A stretch of DNA of 64,000 bases from Carcharhinus amblyrhynchos (lineage: Eukaryota). The stretch's first letter is position 1; every line of letters begins with the position of its first letter. The position numbers and the translations under genes were made by a program. Where the stretch lies: assembly GCA_965287045.1 (NCBI GenBank), contig OZ336885.1, positions 32,302,001 to 32,366,000 of the forward strand, given 5' to 3'. Of the stretch, positions 25,668 through 38,092 are shown piece after piece. The notes under the pieces were generated by a model. That model was not told the origin of the DNA, did not search any database, and saw nothing but the letters and a program-made list of their open reading frames with translations.

Positions 25668-26930
25668 TACACCTGGATAACAGTCATTTGCGTCAGATTC
25701 CTATTTAATCGACTATAGTTCAGTCTTCAACACCACAATTCCAACAAAGCTCATCTCCAAATTCTGTAGCCTAGGGCTCAGCTTCTCTCTCTGCAACTGA
25801 ATGCTAGACTTCCTAACCCACAGACCACAATCAGTAAGCATAGGCAACAACACCTTCTCCACGGTTATCCTCAACACCGGTGCCCCACAAGGCTATGCCC
25901 TCAGCCCTTTACTATATTCTTTACACACATGACTGCGTGGTCAAATTCCCCTCCCAGCTCGATTTTCAAATTTGCTGATGGCACTACTGTAGTGGTTCGG
26001 ATCTCAAACAACGAGATGGAGTACAGGAAGGAGAATTTGACAGTACTCTCTCCCTCAATGTCAGTAAAATGAAGGAGCTAGTCACTGACTTCAGAAAATG
26101 AAGCGGAGGACATGTCCCTGTCTACCTCAACTGTGCTGAAGTGAAGATGTTCGAGAACTTCAAGTTTCCAAGTATCTAGAACACCAACAATGCTAAGAAT
26201 GTTAAGAATGCTTATCGACATCTCTACTTTCTCGCAGGCTAAGGAAATTCAGCATGTCTATTACAACTCTTACCAATTTTTACAGAAGCATTACAAAGAG
26301 CTGTGGATGTAGCCCAGTCCACCATGCAAACCAGTCGTCAATCCACTGATACTGTTCACACTTGGGAAAGCAGCCAGCATAATCATGGACCCCAAGCACC
26401 GGACATATACTCTCTTCCACCTTCTTCCGTTGGCAAAATGATACAAAAATCTGAAAACGCGTACTGACAGTACTGCCCGTTGAAGTGGTGGAGGCTGCCT
26501 CGCTAAATATTTTTAAGACGCGGGTTGATGGGTTTTTGATAGGAGAGGGGATTAAGGGTTATGGGGAGAGGGCGGGAAAGTGGAACTGAGCAGCGACAGA
26601 TCAGCCATGATCTTATTGAATGGCGGGGCAGGCTCGAAGGGCTGGATGGCCTAGTCCTGCTCCTATTTCTTATGTTCTTATTATGTTCTTATGACAGATT
26701 CAAGAACAGCTTCTTTCCTGCTTTCATCAGACTTTTGAATGGTCCTATCATATATTAAGCTGATCTTTCTTTTCACTCTACCTTTAGCTACAACACTACA
26801 TTCTGCAACTTATCCTTTCCCCTATGTACTCAAAGAACAGTATGTTTTGCCTGCATAGCACGCAATTAACAATACCTCTCACAGTATCCTCCTATGTGAT
26901 AATAATATATCAAATTAAATCAAAAAAAAG
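25668..26930 (+). mobile_element. Rex1/Babar-type non-LTR retrotransposon RT remnant
   Basis: Translates (with frameshifts) IDYSSVFNTTIPTKLISK..LDFLTHRPQSVSIGNNTFSTVILNTGAPQGYALSPLLYSL..KFADGTTVV; 3' RFKNSFFPAFIRLLN; AATAAATC-like tail near 26910. Confidence 0.9.
26471..26691 (+). mobile_element. CR1 3'-UTR fragment inserted into Rex1 with a TGACAG target duplication
   Basis: GATCAGCCATGATCTTATTGAATGGCGG and TTATGTTC tail; TGACAG at 26465-26470 and 26692-26697. Confidence 0.85.
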
Positions 26931-29900
26931 ACTGTACATATGTACTTGCTTGAAAGTCACAAAATGCATGGCTGGCCTGTGCACTGATGGCTATAATCAA
27001 ATTGTGGCTCAATACTACGGCCCGAGGTATGAGGTCTAATGCACATGCTCACAAATATCTGTACTTAGGTTGCTCAAATTAATTTCACAAAAGAACACAC
27101 TGACAATCAAAGACATCTATCTCACATGCCTATCTTGGATTTGATCCTGGTTATGGAGGACAAGTTGTTAACCATGCTGTTATTCTGTTCTTCCCACTTA
27201 CATGTCGATTTTAATTCTGCATTACAATTATTTTTGCCGCACAGCACTGATGGCGGGAATAAGAGAGGAACACAATTCTTCCACTATCAAGTTGCACAAC
27301 AGGGTAATTTTTTATGTTCTCTCCTTGGGCAGTAAACTGACGAAGCAAGTCGCCCAGTCAGAGCCAGATCAATTATTATTTTAATGCAAGTAAAACTCAG
27401 CAAGTTATATAACGAATGGGCCAACCAACACCCAATTTACCATCCATATGAAAGGCAAAATTACCCACTCCCATTAAGGGATGGGTTTTTGTTGAGTTGC
27501 ATAGTTCCACAGGCCTTTCCAAATGGTGGGCGAGACCTCCATGTGGAAATCCCAACTCCAATTCTGACAGATCTAATTCTTTTGCCAGTAGGAGTTAAAA
27601 GGCCAGTTGGTGAATCACACAGACGGGAAGCTTGAAATCATTAGGACCATTTGAACTCAGAGCTAAGTGCAAAAAGTCTGCACTTTAGCTGGTGCAAAGA
27701 CCTTAACCTTGAGTGTAGAAGTTACAAATTCATGGAGTAGATGTAAGCATTCTTAATGGTGAATAAGGCCTGTATAACTGTCATTGTCTGATTTTTTTTA
27801 AATGCTCCACTCTTTGAACTTTGAAAGAAAAACAGACCACAACTGTCAGTGGATTTAAAATAATTCTGCTGGACTACTTTGCTTTCCGAGCAGGATTAGG
27901 TTACTTCTACAGAAAAATAAATAGCAACAGGTTGTGCTGTTTCTGCTTGTTGACATTTCCACAAGACCTGAATTTCAAAATTACAATTATCTCAGCAGGG
28001 GATTTTGATATCACATTTTGACTGACAGGTGAAAAAGGTGATTAAAGTAACAACTTCCTTAATGTGGGGTCTGAATAGAAGTCTTTTTTTAATTAGATGC
28101 TGACTACTTCTGGAAATTTAAAAGCTTTGAATGGATTTGAGGATTTGGTGCTTTTTTCACAATCTAATATGTTAGAGTGAGAGCTATGTTAGATTATTAG
28201 AAGTTTTTTTCCCATCTTCACAGGGCTTGGAGTGTATGATGGGCAACGGAGCATGGGTAGAGTTGTGTGGCAAGAGGACTAGAGAGCCCATTGGGAAAGT
28301 CCCAGAAAACTGAGGCGGGCCATCAAATCACTTCACCTTGGCACTTGACACCCACCTAGCTGTTTACATTCTGCTTTCAGGGTCAGAGGGTCACCTGCAC
28401 TCCCAGAGCAAAAACATGCACTTCAGCATGCTCTGTACCAAGGCAGGTCTGGTGAGTTGGGTACTTTTCCAACCATGCTATCTCCCCCGGTAACAAAAAT
28501 CCACACCTAAGGGTCACAACGTGCTTTGCAAAGATTATAAACACTTTCAAATTAAAGTCTATCCAAAAGATAATTATTTCACAATCAAAACGGTTTGTTT
28601 CTTCACAACTTATGTGACATTATAAACCATAAGGCTCTGCCTAAATGGGCCATACATGATGCTACCTTTAAAAGACTTGAAAAGTGCTTTTTTTTCCCTC
28701 CTTATCAACACTGTCACAGATTTTATAATCAAATCATCTTAACATGTAATCACAGGGAAGAAGAGAAATCCATTTTCTAAAACAAATGAAACAGTCTGCT
28801 ACTGCTTGCTCTCTCCCTTCACATCTGTCAAGAAAGGCAACAAGTGTGACACCTTCGATTAACCAGAAAGACAGTGATGTTTCTCGAAAGTGACGGCAAC
28901 AAGGGAATGTCTGGCTTTGGAGATTGTAAACTCAAGGACTGAGAAATAAGTGTGTCAGTCTACAAAGAAAAGGGCAAGTACATTTTCTTACAGACTAGAT
29001 ACTGCTCCTGACCACAATGCCAGCCTCAGGTACACAGCACACGTTTAGATCCAGCTGAGAGGGGGGAAAATTGCACTCTCCTTGAAAAAATAACTGATTG
29101 AGTTGCATGATAAGTTTTGAAATTTTCAGCTCCATTCTAACAGCTAAGCATCCGTGTGACAAATTTTGACTTGCACTGACATTGGCCTAGGATTGATAAT
29201 AAAAGGCTTTGAAATATTTCACCTTGACACAGCTGTAGGAAGCTTGAGAAAGAAAGCCTTGGCGTTTGTGTAGTACAGACAATCGCAATTCTCAATGTCA
29301 GATACACAATGCTGGTGCAGAATGGATGGTGGTGAATTTGTCATCCTTTATATACACCCTTTTCATTTTCATTGAGTTCAACAGAAAGGCAGCTCGGCTG
29401 GGATATATAATGCATAGGCAGTCTGACACCACTTACTTAGTTGGCCCCACTGCCGTGGTTAAATTTTATATGCGCAGAATTACTTTGAAATGCAATGACT
29501 GTTCTGCAGACAAATAGGTCTGATATTTTGGCTTCGGCAGGATTCCAAAAGCTGCAATGACAATTTAGTCAGATTTTGATGATACGGATGACATATGGTC
29601 TTCAATGTCTATCTGAATCATCAGATCAAAGCGAGAAAGGCTATCGTTCAAATACGTGAATGTGTGCATATTTGCAATAGAAATGTAAATTACGTGCACA
29701 GCAGCTGGAAGGGGAAGGGAACCAATAATATTCAAACTTTGGTAACATTCGTATCAAACAAGTAATGCCAATAATTAAAATTGTGACTTGTTCATATTAT
29801 GTTTATTTTAAGGGCACCAGGGAAAAGTTTGAATATACAGAGTGAAAAGAAATCTAACACTAATGTCTGCAATGCTAAGTAAAGCCAAATTGTTTAGCTT

Positions 29901-31187
29901 CCTGGAGAACCGGTTTCACAAGCTCATAAGGATCATGAACACACATTGACTCCAGGATTAAGAATGGTTGGTCTATATTGGTTGGACCATCATGTATATT
30001 GCAACCCTTGGAAGAACGCATCCCAGAAGTTTCTAATAGTCCACGTCCATCATTGGAATGAGTCTCGGCAACTCAATACCACCATCATGTTTGAACATGG
30101 AATGGTCAGATTCCCAAAGGGGCTTTGGATTAATCTTGAAGTCCTTTCCTAAGCATAAATATTCAGCTCTGGGGAAGAGAATGTTTCTTTAGTGAGAATA
30201 GTTTGAAAAATGAAAAAATGCAAATTAGAGCTCTATTTTCATAACAATGAAATTATTATTGCAGAGCTCGATACCGGTGGGCCTGACTTCACATTGTCAT
30301 GGTGATAGAAAACAAAATAAAATTCAAGCTGGGAGAACTCATGCTGCTAAAACAAAACTGCCAAGGTCAAATGGAGTTATAGGTTTGCTATTGAATCGTA
30401 AGGAGAAAATTATTTGACTCACTCATCACACACTGGAGAAATTAGCACCACTCTGGTTTCAAGGATGATTGCGACAACATGTCCAAAACATGCATTTGAA
30501 ACAGGAGTCCCAAGGAAACCTCAAAGATGACTTCCCAACTCAGCTGAAAAACCTGTGTAAGTTGCCTGCACCCATCACACCTCATGCAGTGGTCATGGTC
30601 TTTTGGAATGGAGGAGAGGCAGAGGGATGGGAGCTGATTATAGCTGGGAGGAATGCTGTGGATTCTCAAGGGTCAGTCCTGTTCCTTCTGGCTCTCAGCA
30701 TGAATTTTGTCTTCAAGATCACATCCAGACAAGGTTAAACTGAATGGAAACAGCTCCACTCCACGCATGTCAACACAAGGTGCTCAAGACAGACAATAAG
30801 AGTCTGGTTCTCCAACCTTGCCTGCAACTGGGATTTTCTCATCCCACTGCAGTGAACGGAGATTTGTCTAAGCGCCAAATTCCCCAACTTTGCCGCAGCG
30901 TGAATGGCTAGTAAGATCATGCCCAATGTCTTTCACTTACATACATAAGGTGCCCAACATTTGATTTGGATCACCACCAGGGATGTCAAAAAATCATCCA
31001 ACCCAATTTTGGGGTGATCAATTTCATCTCTCCTTGGGTCACAGGGCATTCATTCCTGACTTTGGGCTTTATTGTACCTGTTTTATACCCTTAGGACAAA
31101 ATCCATTTTCTCCCTCCATGTGGCCTGCATAAACCATCCAAAAAAATTTTTTTCACATAAACATATCAAGTTGGACATTTTCCATTT

Positions 31188-31535
31188 AGCATAGTGGTTA
31201 TGTTAAAGGGCTAGTATTTCAGAGCGATGAATTAAAACCCCACCACAGCAGCAGAAAAATTAAAATTCAATAATAATGTAAATCTGGAATAATTAATAAA
31301 AAACAAATTGTCATAAAAACCCATTTCGTTAACAAATGTCTTTTAGGCTTGGAAATCTGTTGTTCCCACTGAGTCTGGCCTATATTTGACCCAAGTAATG
31401 CAATTGATTGTTAGCTGCCTCTGAAAAGGTTTTCATGCCAAACAGCTGTCATGAAGGGAGCTCACCACCACCTCCTCAAAAGCAATTATGGCTGGAAAAT
31501 AAATGCCGCCTTTGCTAGCAGTGCCTACATCCATG
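31188..31535 (+). mobile_element. Decayed tRNA-derived SINE with CR1-family-B tail
   Basis: Aligns loosely with 47080-47475 and 63020-63280. Confidence 0.7.
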
Positions 31536-33187
31536 TTTACAAAGGGTTATGTGATTCCCACAGACCAAGCAAATCGCTTAAAGGTGACACAGTTCCAGAG
31601 TCAATGGGACAATTATGTAGAGAGAGGTGACCCGAACTTAAACGTTTTAACAGTCTAGACAATGAGTAAGTAATAGTATGGATCAGGGAAATAGGCTGGG
31701 AAGATAGTTTGGGCACAGTTCCAAAAAACAGGACTCATGGGATGAAAAAGAGCAAACTGTGCTTAGAAAAACAATAATCGAAAGGAAAAGATAATTGTCT
31801 TGCCTCCAGCAAGATGCCAAAATGTGAACACTAAAGAAGTGAGGAAGTTAGATTTTTTGATTAGACAGGGTTCACATGAACCATGTGTATTAGAGTGATA
31901 AAGGTGGAACAAGATTAAAAGGTTTTCATTCAGTGAAAAAGAAATAATTCACAAATATCAAAGTGCAATATATATTATATATACACACTCACAAACGCAC
32001 TATAAACATTGTTACATTACCATTGCTCAGGGGAGGGCATTATATTAATCCTTTCTAAATGTCATCTGTTCACTTTATTAACCTGAGTGCGATACCTTGA
32101 GGATTTTCTGTTTAGGATTAATATAGATGTAAATTAGAGCACAGCCTGGTGTGAAGAAATTTGGGATATCTATTTGACAGATGAAGCTAACTGAAATGGA
32201 AGGGAAGACAAGGCCAATTGACATTATTTTTAGGAGTGCAATTGCAATTCTAAAGGCCAGTTGGAGCAGCAACATAAAACAATCTTCACTCACGACATTT
32301 TATGAGACCTTCATTGCAATGCAGCACACACTTGTTAACGGGCGCCTAGTGAATAGGACAATTTATTAAGGGGAACATTCACTCTGTATAATCTTTAGTG
32401 AAAAATCAACCCAGGAACTATTTAGATTAGGTTGCTTCTATCCAGCACAATTCTGAGCCAACACTTCACATATGCTGAATTAGCTGTTTTAAACAAGAAA
32501 ATAGCTGAAGGATTATATTTACATGCATATTGCAATGAATATGGCATAATAGTGGTTTTATGTTAAGGACCTCAGTGGGATTTAACTCGCATCCATAATG
32601 AATGAATAAGACAGCACGCATAAAATAATTGGCTCACCTAAAAAATAGAGAATGTGCGTGTTGCATTTTTTTTTGACTTTCCCACCTAGGAAGAGCGACC
32701 TTAGTGCATCACCTCACCGTTTCATTTATGGTTGGTTGTTGATGATTCTGGGCTCCACTGCAGAATTGCTGAATCAGTGAAAATGCAAGGGGCCAGCCAG
32801 CTTCCTGCATTTGCTTTCATAAAACAGCCTCTCTCTTATCTGACAACACATTTATAGAAGAGTATTTGTGTGGATCTGCAATGCGGACAATACTCTCGAG
32901 TGTGGAGCCAGTTACATTGTGGACAACAGCCAACAGGGGAGATCAGTATGTCTCCCATCAGCTGCACTCCTAAAGCTAAGAACATTACCTGGGTATGAAC
33001 AAGTCAGGACCACGACAAAATATATCTTATTATAAAAAGGCAACTTTTAAAGGATGAGTGATGAATTAAAATTGAAAGATATTATGGAAAGATATTTCAG
33101 TTCAGGAAAAATAAACTAAATATTAATTATGCAGCATAGGTACATATGGATAAAAAATGAATATAAAACAGACAAGGAGTCTTCTTG

Positions 33188-33523
33188 GGGTGGCATATTG
33201 GCACAGTGGTTAGTACTGCAGCCTCACAGCACCAGGACCCAGGTTCAATTCCTGCCTTCGGTCACTATCTGTACAGAGTCTGCAAGTTCCCCCATCACCA
33301 ACCCCTCCCCGCCCCATTCCCCAGTGTCCCCGTGGGTTTCCTCCAGGTGCTCCAGTTTCCTCCCACAAATTGAAAGACATGCAGGTTAGGTGCATTAGTC
33401 ATGCTAAATTCTCCCTCAGTGTACCTGAAGAGGCACTGGAGCGTGGCGACTAGGGGATTTTCACGTAACTTCATTGCACTGTTAAAGTGAGCCTACTTGT
33501 GACACTAATAAATAAACTTTAAA
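33188..33523 (+). mobile_element. V-SINE with an alternative (non-HER1) 3' tail
   Basis: Same head and V domain as HE1, but tail TAAATTCTCCCTCAGTGTACC...AACTTCATTGC...GCCTACTTGTGACACTAATAAATAAACTTTA. Confidence 0.9.
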
Positions 33524-33819
33524 CGGATCAAAATGGCAATTATAAAATGAATGGAACCTAAAAACAAATTAATATAGAGAATAGAAAATAGTAAGTATTC
33601 AGGCAGTAGTGTCTAGGAATTTGCTAAAAGAGGTTAAAAGCAACGTGAAAAGAACTGAAGATAACTAAATATGCTGAACTAGATAAGTATTAAAAACTTT
33701 GCAACTTAAAAGTATCAGTGAAATTAAAGGTAAAAATGTCACAGCTCATGCAAAGAAACAATTGCAGGGAGTGAGAAAGGATGCACAAATTCACAAAAAT
33801 GAGAGATCACATGAAACAC

Positions 33820-34020
33820 TGTTCAACATGCTGCTAATTGTAAATTAACTGTGTTTAATTGCATGTATGTGGCAGGCATTAATTAGGGATCTACTTATAC
33901 AGTGATTAATAGAAATTGACTGAAATTAGGGTTACTGGGTTAAGGGATATATGTTTTATAATGTGCGTCTCTAAATAAAATCACGTACAATTGGCTCCAA
34001 TTCGATCCTTTGTCACTGGT
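33820..34020 (+). mobile_element. Probable 5' LTR of the Copia element, interrupted near its 3' end
   Basis: Starts TGTT, contains AATAAA, and aligns with 61784-61985 (TGTTTAATTGCATGT..GGCATTAA..TGGGTTA..TGGCTCYAATTC.ATCCTT). The missing terminal segment appears to resume at ~34733 (CTGGGCTCTCTGGAAT). Confidence 0.6.
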
Positions 34021-34204
34021 GGTAGCAAAAATTTATTATCTGACAATAAGTTATACAGATTTGACCAAATCCACAACAATTAAACACAAACTTTCATAAT
34101 AATCTTCAACAGAGCAAGCGTCGTGTTTCAGTCTTTAGCTGCAGCTATTGGGTCGATCCTCACCGTCGGTTGCTCTTGCCAATGAGATGAAGTGAGGGCA
34201 ACAC

Positions 34205-34501
34205 TTATGGACGATGCTCATCATTGTCAATGGGGTGGTCTGGAGAAGTGCACTTGTTTACCTTCGTCAGTGTTTCCTTTTGAATCCCAATATCTTCCAG
34301 TCTCTTTCTCAATTGCTGGTGGTGCGAAGATTCATGAAAATCATCCATTTCCAGTTTACACTCCTTCATGTTTCTGATCTTCCTAATACCATGAGCACAT
34401 TCAATCCACTCCATCTCAAATACATGGCACACCCACTGGGTTGTACAAAACCATTTATCAATATTGATATCTGTCTTTTCCTGGAGATCAGTCAATGGCA
34501 T
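34205..34501 (-). pseudogene. NDUFS5: Intronless retrocopy of NADH:ubiquinone oxidoreductase subunit S5 (complex I 15-kDa subunit), open 98-aa ORF
   Basis: MPLTDLQEKTDINIDKW..CHVFEMEWIECAHGIRKIRNMKECKLEMDDFHES..KCTSPDHPIDNDEHRP* aligns end to end with recalled vertebrate NDUFS5 (MPFLDIQ..NIDRW..CHAFEKEWIECAHGIG..KECKIEYDDFVEC..KYTPPPHH..EPRP*). Net 8-aa deletion, 4th CX9C Cys changed to Ser, no intron; AATAAA at 34032-34037 on the minus strand. Confidence 0.9.
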
Positions 34502-34539
34502 GGTTCCCAAGCGTTTTCTGTCCTTGGCCAGCTCTCAGA

Positions 34540-34732
34540 GAGTATTGTGACCCTTTCGGTCAATTGGGCTGGAACACATGAATCCTGGAGCTGAGCACAG
34601 GTTTTCCTTGCCAGTTAGGAGTCGGGAATCATGGAGTTACAATAGCCTTTATATCACTCTCTCGGACATAACTACTTACCTTAATAAACCGTTCATTCGT
34701 TAATCACTTGCTGGTCATTGCAAGATACTATA
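34540..34732 (+). mobile_element. Probable Gypsy-type LTR fragment adjoining the 5' end of the NDUFS5 retrocopy
   Basis: Shares ATTGT..CCCTTT..TCAAT, CACATGA and AGCACAGG in the same order as the LTR at 59568-59779; AATAAACC lies about 45 nt before a TACTATA end. Confidence 0.45.
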
Positions 34733-34835
34733 GCTGGGCTCTCTGGAATAGAGTAGGTTTGGGGAAACTAAAAAAGAGAATTTCAGGCAGAAAACTAAAA
34801 TCCTACTGCTGAAAATGGGGAACTGCAGGTGTAAA

Positions 34836-36135
34836 TTGTCAGGATATATTTATCCTCCATGTCCACAGTTTAAACTATTTAACCAGTGGAAGAATGAAGT
34901 GGATATCTGGGCATGAGTTGCAATCCTGCTAAAGAGAAAACAAGGTGTGCCCTTGGCATTGTCACCTCAAGAAGCAAAATAAAAAGTGAAGTATTTTATA
35001 AGATGGATGCTCATCCATTGGAGCGTGAAGGTTTGAAACTTCCATTACATTTTCTAGATGAAATCTACAAGAAAGATGACCTATTAAATACCGACACGGC
35101 ATGATCAGGAGATGATAGATTTTGGAAAACTGATGCTCGTTCCATGGATTTTACTAGGTTGTGTAAAAGATTGACAGCATTCAATATGGAGATGTTTTGA
35201 GTGGTCCTTCTATTTTAAATATTGGTATCGGTAAGGAGACTCACATGGGCAGGGAACTGGATCTAATTAGTGTTCTGTCCTCAGGGAAGGAAACTCTGCC
35301 AAGTCTGATGCCTGCCGCCTTAGAGATTCCTGGAGAAACAATCATTTTCTTCAGCCCTCATGTAACAAATGAACCATTTTGTGGGTGACACCAAGAATAG
35401 AAGACTTAATGATTGCCAGATTTCTAAATAATCCAGAAACCAGACAGAAGCATCATGCAGTAGAAGGAATAAAGACAGGCTGAATGAGGGTGAAAGCACC
35501 TTTAGCAGATGTGGCTATTATAGACAGAATTGGAACAATTATAATAGGCACATGAATCCCTGGAATATCCAAGGAATAGTTAATTGCTGCTTTAGGTGTT
35601 ACTATCAGTATGCGATGAACCACCCAAAGCAAAGAGGCAAGGTCCTCAAAATGACACATGAAGAAGAAAATTCTGAGGAAGAGAATGGAGATAACAATTA
35701 ATGCAAACAAATTATAGTTGTTTTAGTCCTGTGATGCGCAGACTAAGTAGTGCTTGCACTTGAACAGTATGTTGGACAGACTGGTTAAAATGTAATCTTG
35801 ATTCGTTAAGTACTGAGGATCAATACAAGGTTAGGAATATAAGAACACCGCTTGGTTTAGGACTGGTGATGACAACATATGTGTTCACTAAAGGAAAGGG
35901 TAATTCTATTTAAAATAGCTGGAGTGAGCAACTTTGTTTTATTATATATTATCGTAGTATTTAATGAGATACCCAAGCTGTCGAGTGAACCTACTCTGAA
36001 AAAGGCACAAATAAAACTTGACATGGAGCATGATAAGGCAATTATTTTTGGAAAGTTAGTTGAACTGCAGTTTACTTGTCAGGATATTATTGCATCCTCT
36101 TAAAAAAACCTGATGTTTCTCATCAGATTGTTAGT
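34836..36135 (+). mobile_element. Ty1/Copia (GalEa-like) gag, zinc knuckle and protease pseudogene
   Basis: SGYIYPP..FNQWKNEVDIWA*V..KRKQGVPLALS..RSKIKSEVF..FLDEIYKKDDL (gag); MNPWNIQGIVNCCFRC (decayed CCHC); LSSACT*TVCWTDWLKCNLDSL (decayed LDSAC protease motif); EIPKLSSEPTLKKAQIKLDMEHDKAIIFGKLVELQFT. Confidence 0.8.
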
Positions 36136-36169
36136 TAAACACATATCACTGCCTGGCTACCTGCAATGG

Positions 36170-38090
36170 AACACATGCTGTGTAGAACTGGGGGCCTTTA
36201 ACTATCTGAATATAGATCAGGATAGTAGCAGTGAGGAGCAGGATATCTTGGAATTCAGGAATCTTTTCCACTGCAGTATGTTTCCAGTCCAGTGAAAAGG
36301 GAGGCACTGATAGACCTCCATGCAGCAGGTGGTTAGGATCTTGGGAATGAAGTGGGCCAAATTGGTGGCCAAAGTGTGCCAAGCATCATTAACAGTACAC
36401 ATAGGAGACAGTGATTATTGTGTCATAAGATTGTCAATGGAAAAGGACAAGGAACAATCCAGAGTGAAAATAATTCAATGGAGGAAAACCAACTTTCATT
36501 GATAAGAATGGGTCTGACTCGGATTAATTGGAATCAAAAGTTGGCGGGCAAGACTATAACTGACCAATGAGCTGTCTTAAAAGAATAAGTAGTTTGAGTA
36601 CAGTCAAAGTATACTTCTATAAAGGGAAAAGGAAGGAAAAAAATCAGGGCTCCTTAATATGATTAAAATGAAGAAAACATATGCTTATAATGGATGTCAT
36701 GTGGACAATCCAATGGAGAACCAGGCTGAATATAGAAGGTTCTAAGGGGAATTAGAGAAGCAAATAAGAGAAGAGAGAGTACAAAGGGAGAATGATAGTT
36801 ATAAAAGAAAATTCAAAAGTCTTCTACAAGCATATGAATGGGAAAAGAGTGGCAAAAGGAGGATTGAGGCTGATTAGGGACCGAAAAAGGGGATTCCAAC
36901 ATGGGTATGGCTGAGGTATTAAATAAATACTTTACACCTGTCTTTACCAAGGAAGGAAATGCTGCCCATGGTGAAAGGGGTGGTTCAGAGATCTGAAGAA
37001 TTTAAGATTGATGAGGAGGAGTTTTGGATAGACTGTAGTTAAAGTTAATAAGGTACCAGGACCGGATGAGATGTATCTAATGCAAAACTTGGAGACAGAG
37101 GCCCGATAAATTGCAAGTGTTACACCTTTGATCAAAAAAGGGTATAAAGATAAGCCAAGCAGCAATCAGTTTAACTTTGGTGGTGGGGAACCTTCTGGAA
37201 ATGATAATTACTGACCAAATCACTTGGGCAAATGGGGGTTAATTAAGGAAAGCTAGCATGAATGTGTTACGGTCAAATTGTGCTGAAATAACTTACTTGA
37301 GCTTTTGACAAGATAACAGAGAGGATTGATGAGGGTAATGTTGTTGATGCGGTATACATGTGCTTCTGGAAGGCATTTGATAAAGTGCCACACTGAGAAT
37401 TATGTTCAAAGGTAGAGTTCATGGAATAAAAGGGGCTGTAGCAACAGGGATATTTTTCAAACTGGAGGAAGGTTTATAATGAAGTTCCCCAGGGATCAGG
37501 GTTTAGAACATATAGAATCCTCAGCTTTAGGACAAGCATAGAGCACAAAAGCAAGAAGGTTATGTTAAACATGTATAAAACTGGAGGATTACACCCAATT
37601 CTGGATGTGAAGGCATTAGAGAGAGTGCAGACAAGAGTTATGAGAATGGTCCCAGGATGAGGAATTCAGTTACATAGGTTGGAAAAGTTGTGATTGCTCT
37701 TTTTGGAGAACAGAAGATTGAGGGGAGCTTTGAGAGGTGAATATTCAAAATTGTGAATAATCTGGACAGAGTAAATACCTGTTTCTATTGGTGGAAGGAC
37801 CAAGAACTAGACAGCACAGATTGAAGATAACTGGCAAAAGAAACAATGATGACATGAGGAAAAGCTTTTGCACGCAGCAGTTGGTTAGGATCTGGAATGT
37901 GCTGCCAGAGAGTGTGGTAGAAACTACTTCAATTCAAGAGGGATTTGGATAATTATCTGCAATCGAAGAATTTACAAGGCTGTGAGGAGAAGGTGAGGAA
38001 ATGGCAAGAGGCGAATTGTTCTTTCAGAGAGCCAGCTCAGATACAACGGGCTAAATGGCCTCCTTCTGTACTATCATCATTTCATGATTC
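36170..38090 (+). mobile_element. Decayed CR1 LINE (APE end, RT, 3' UTR) inserted into the Copia pol
   Basis: LGAFNYLNID, IGDSDYCVIRLSMEKD, VDAVYMCFWKAFDKVPH; ends GGGCTAAATGGCCTCCTTCTG..ATGATTCT. Confidence 0.85.
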
Positions 38091-38092
38091 TG

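Noticed and set aside
33988-34570. CAATTGG at 33988 and 34561 as a TSD for the NDUFS5 retrocopy
   Set aside because: It is only 7 bp, and both copies lie inside the flanking LTR-like sequences rather than at the cDNA edges.
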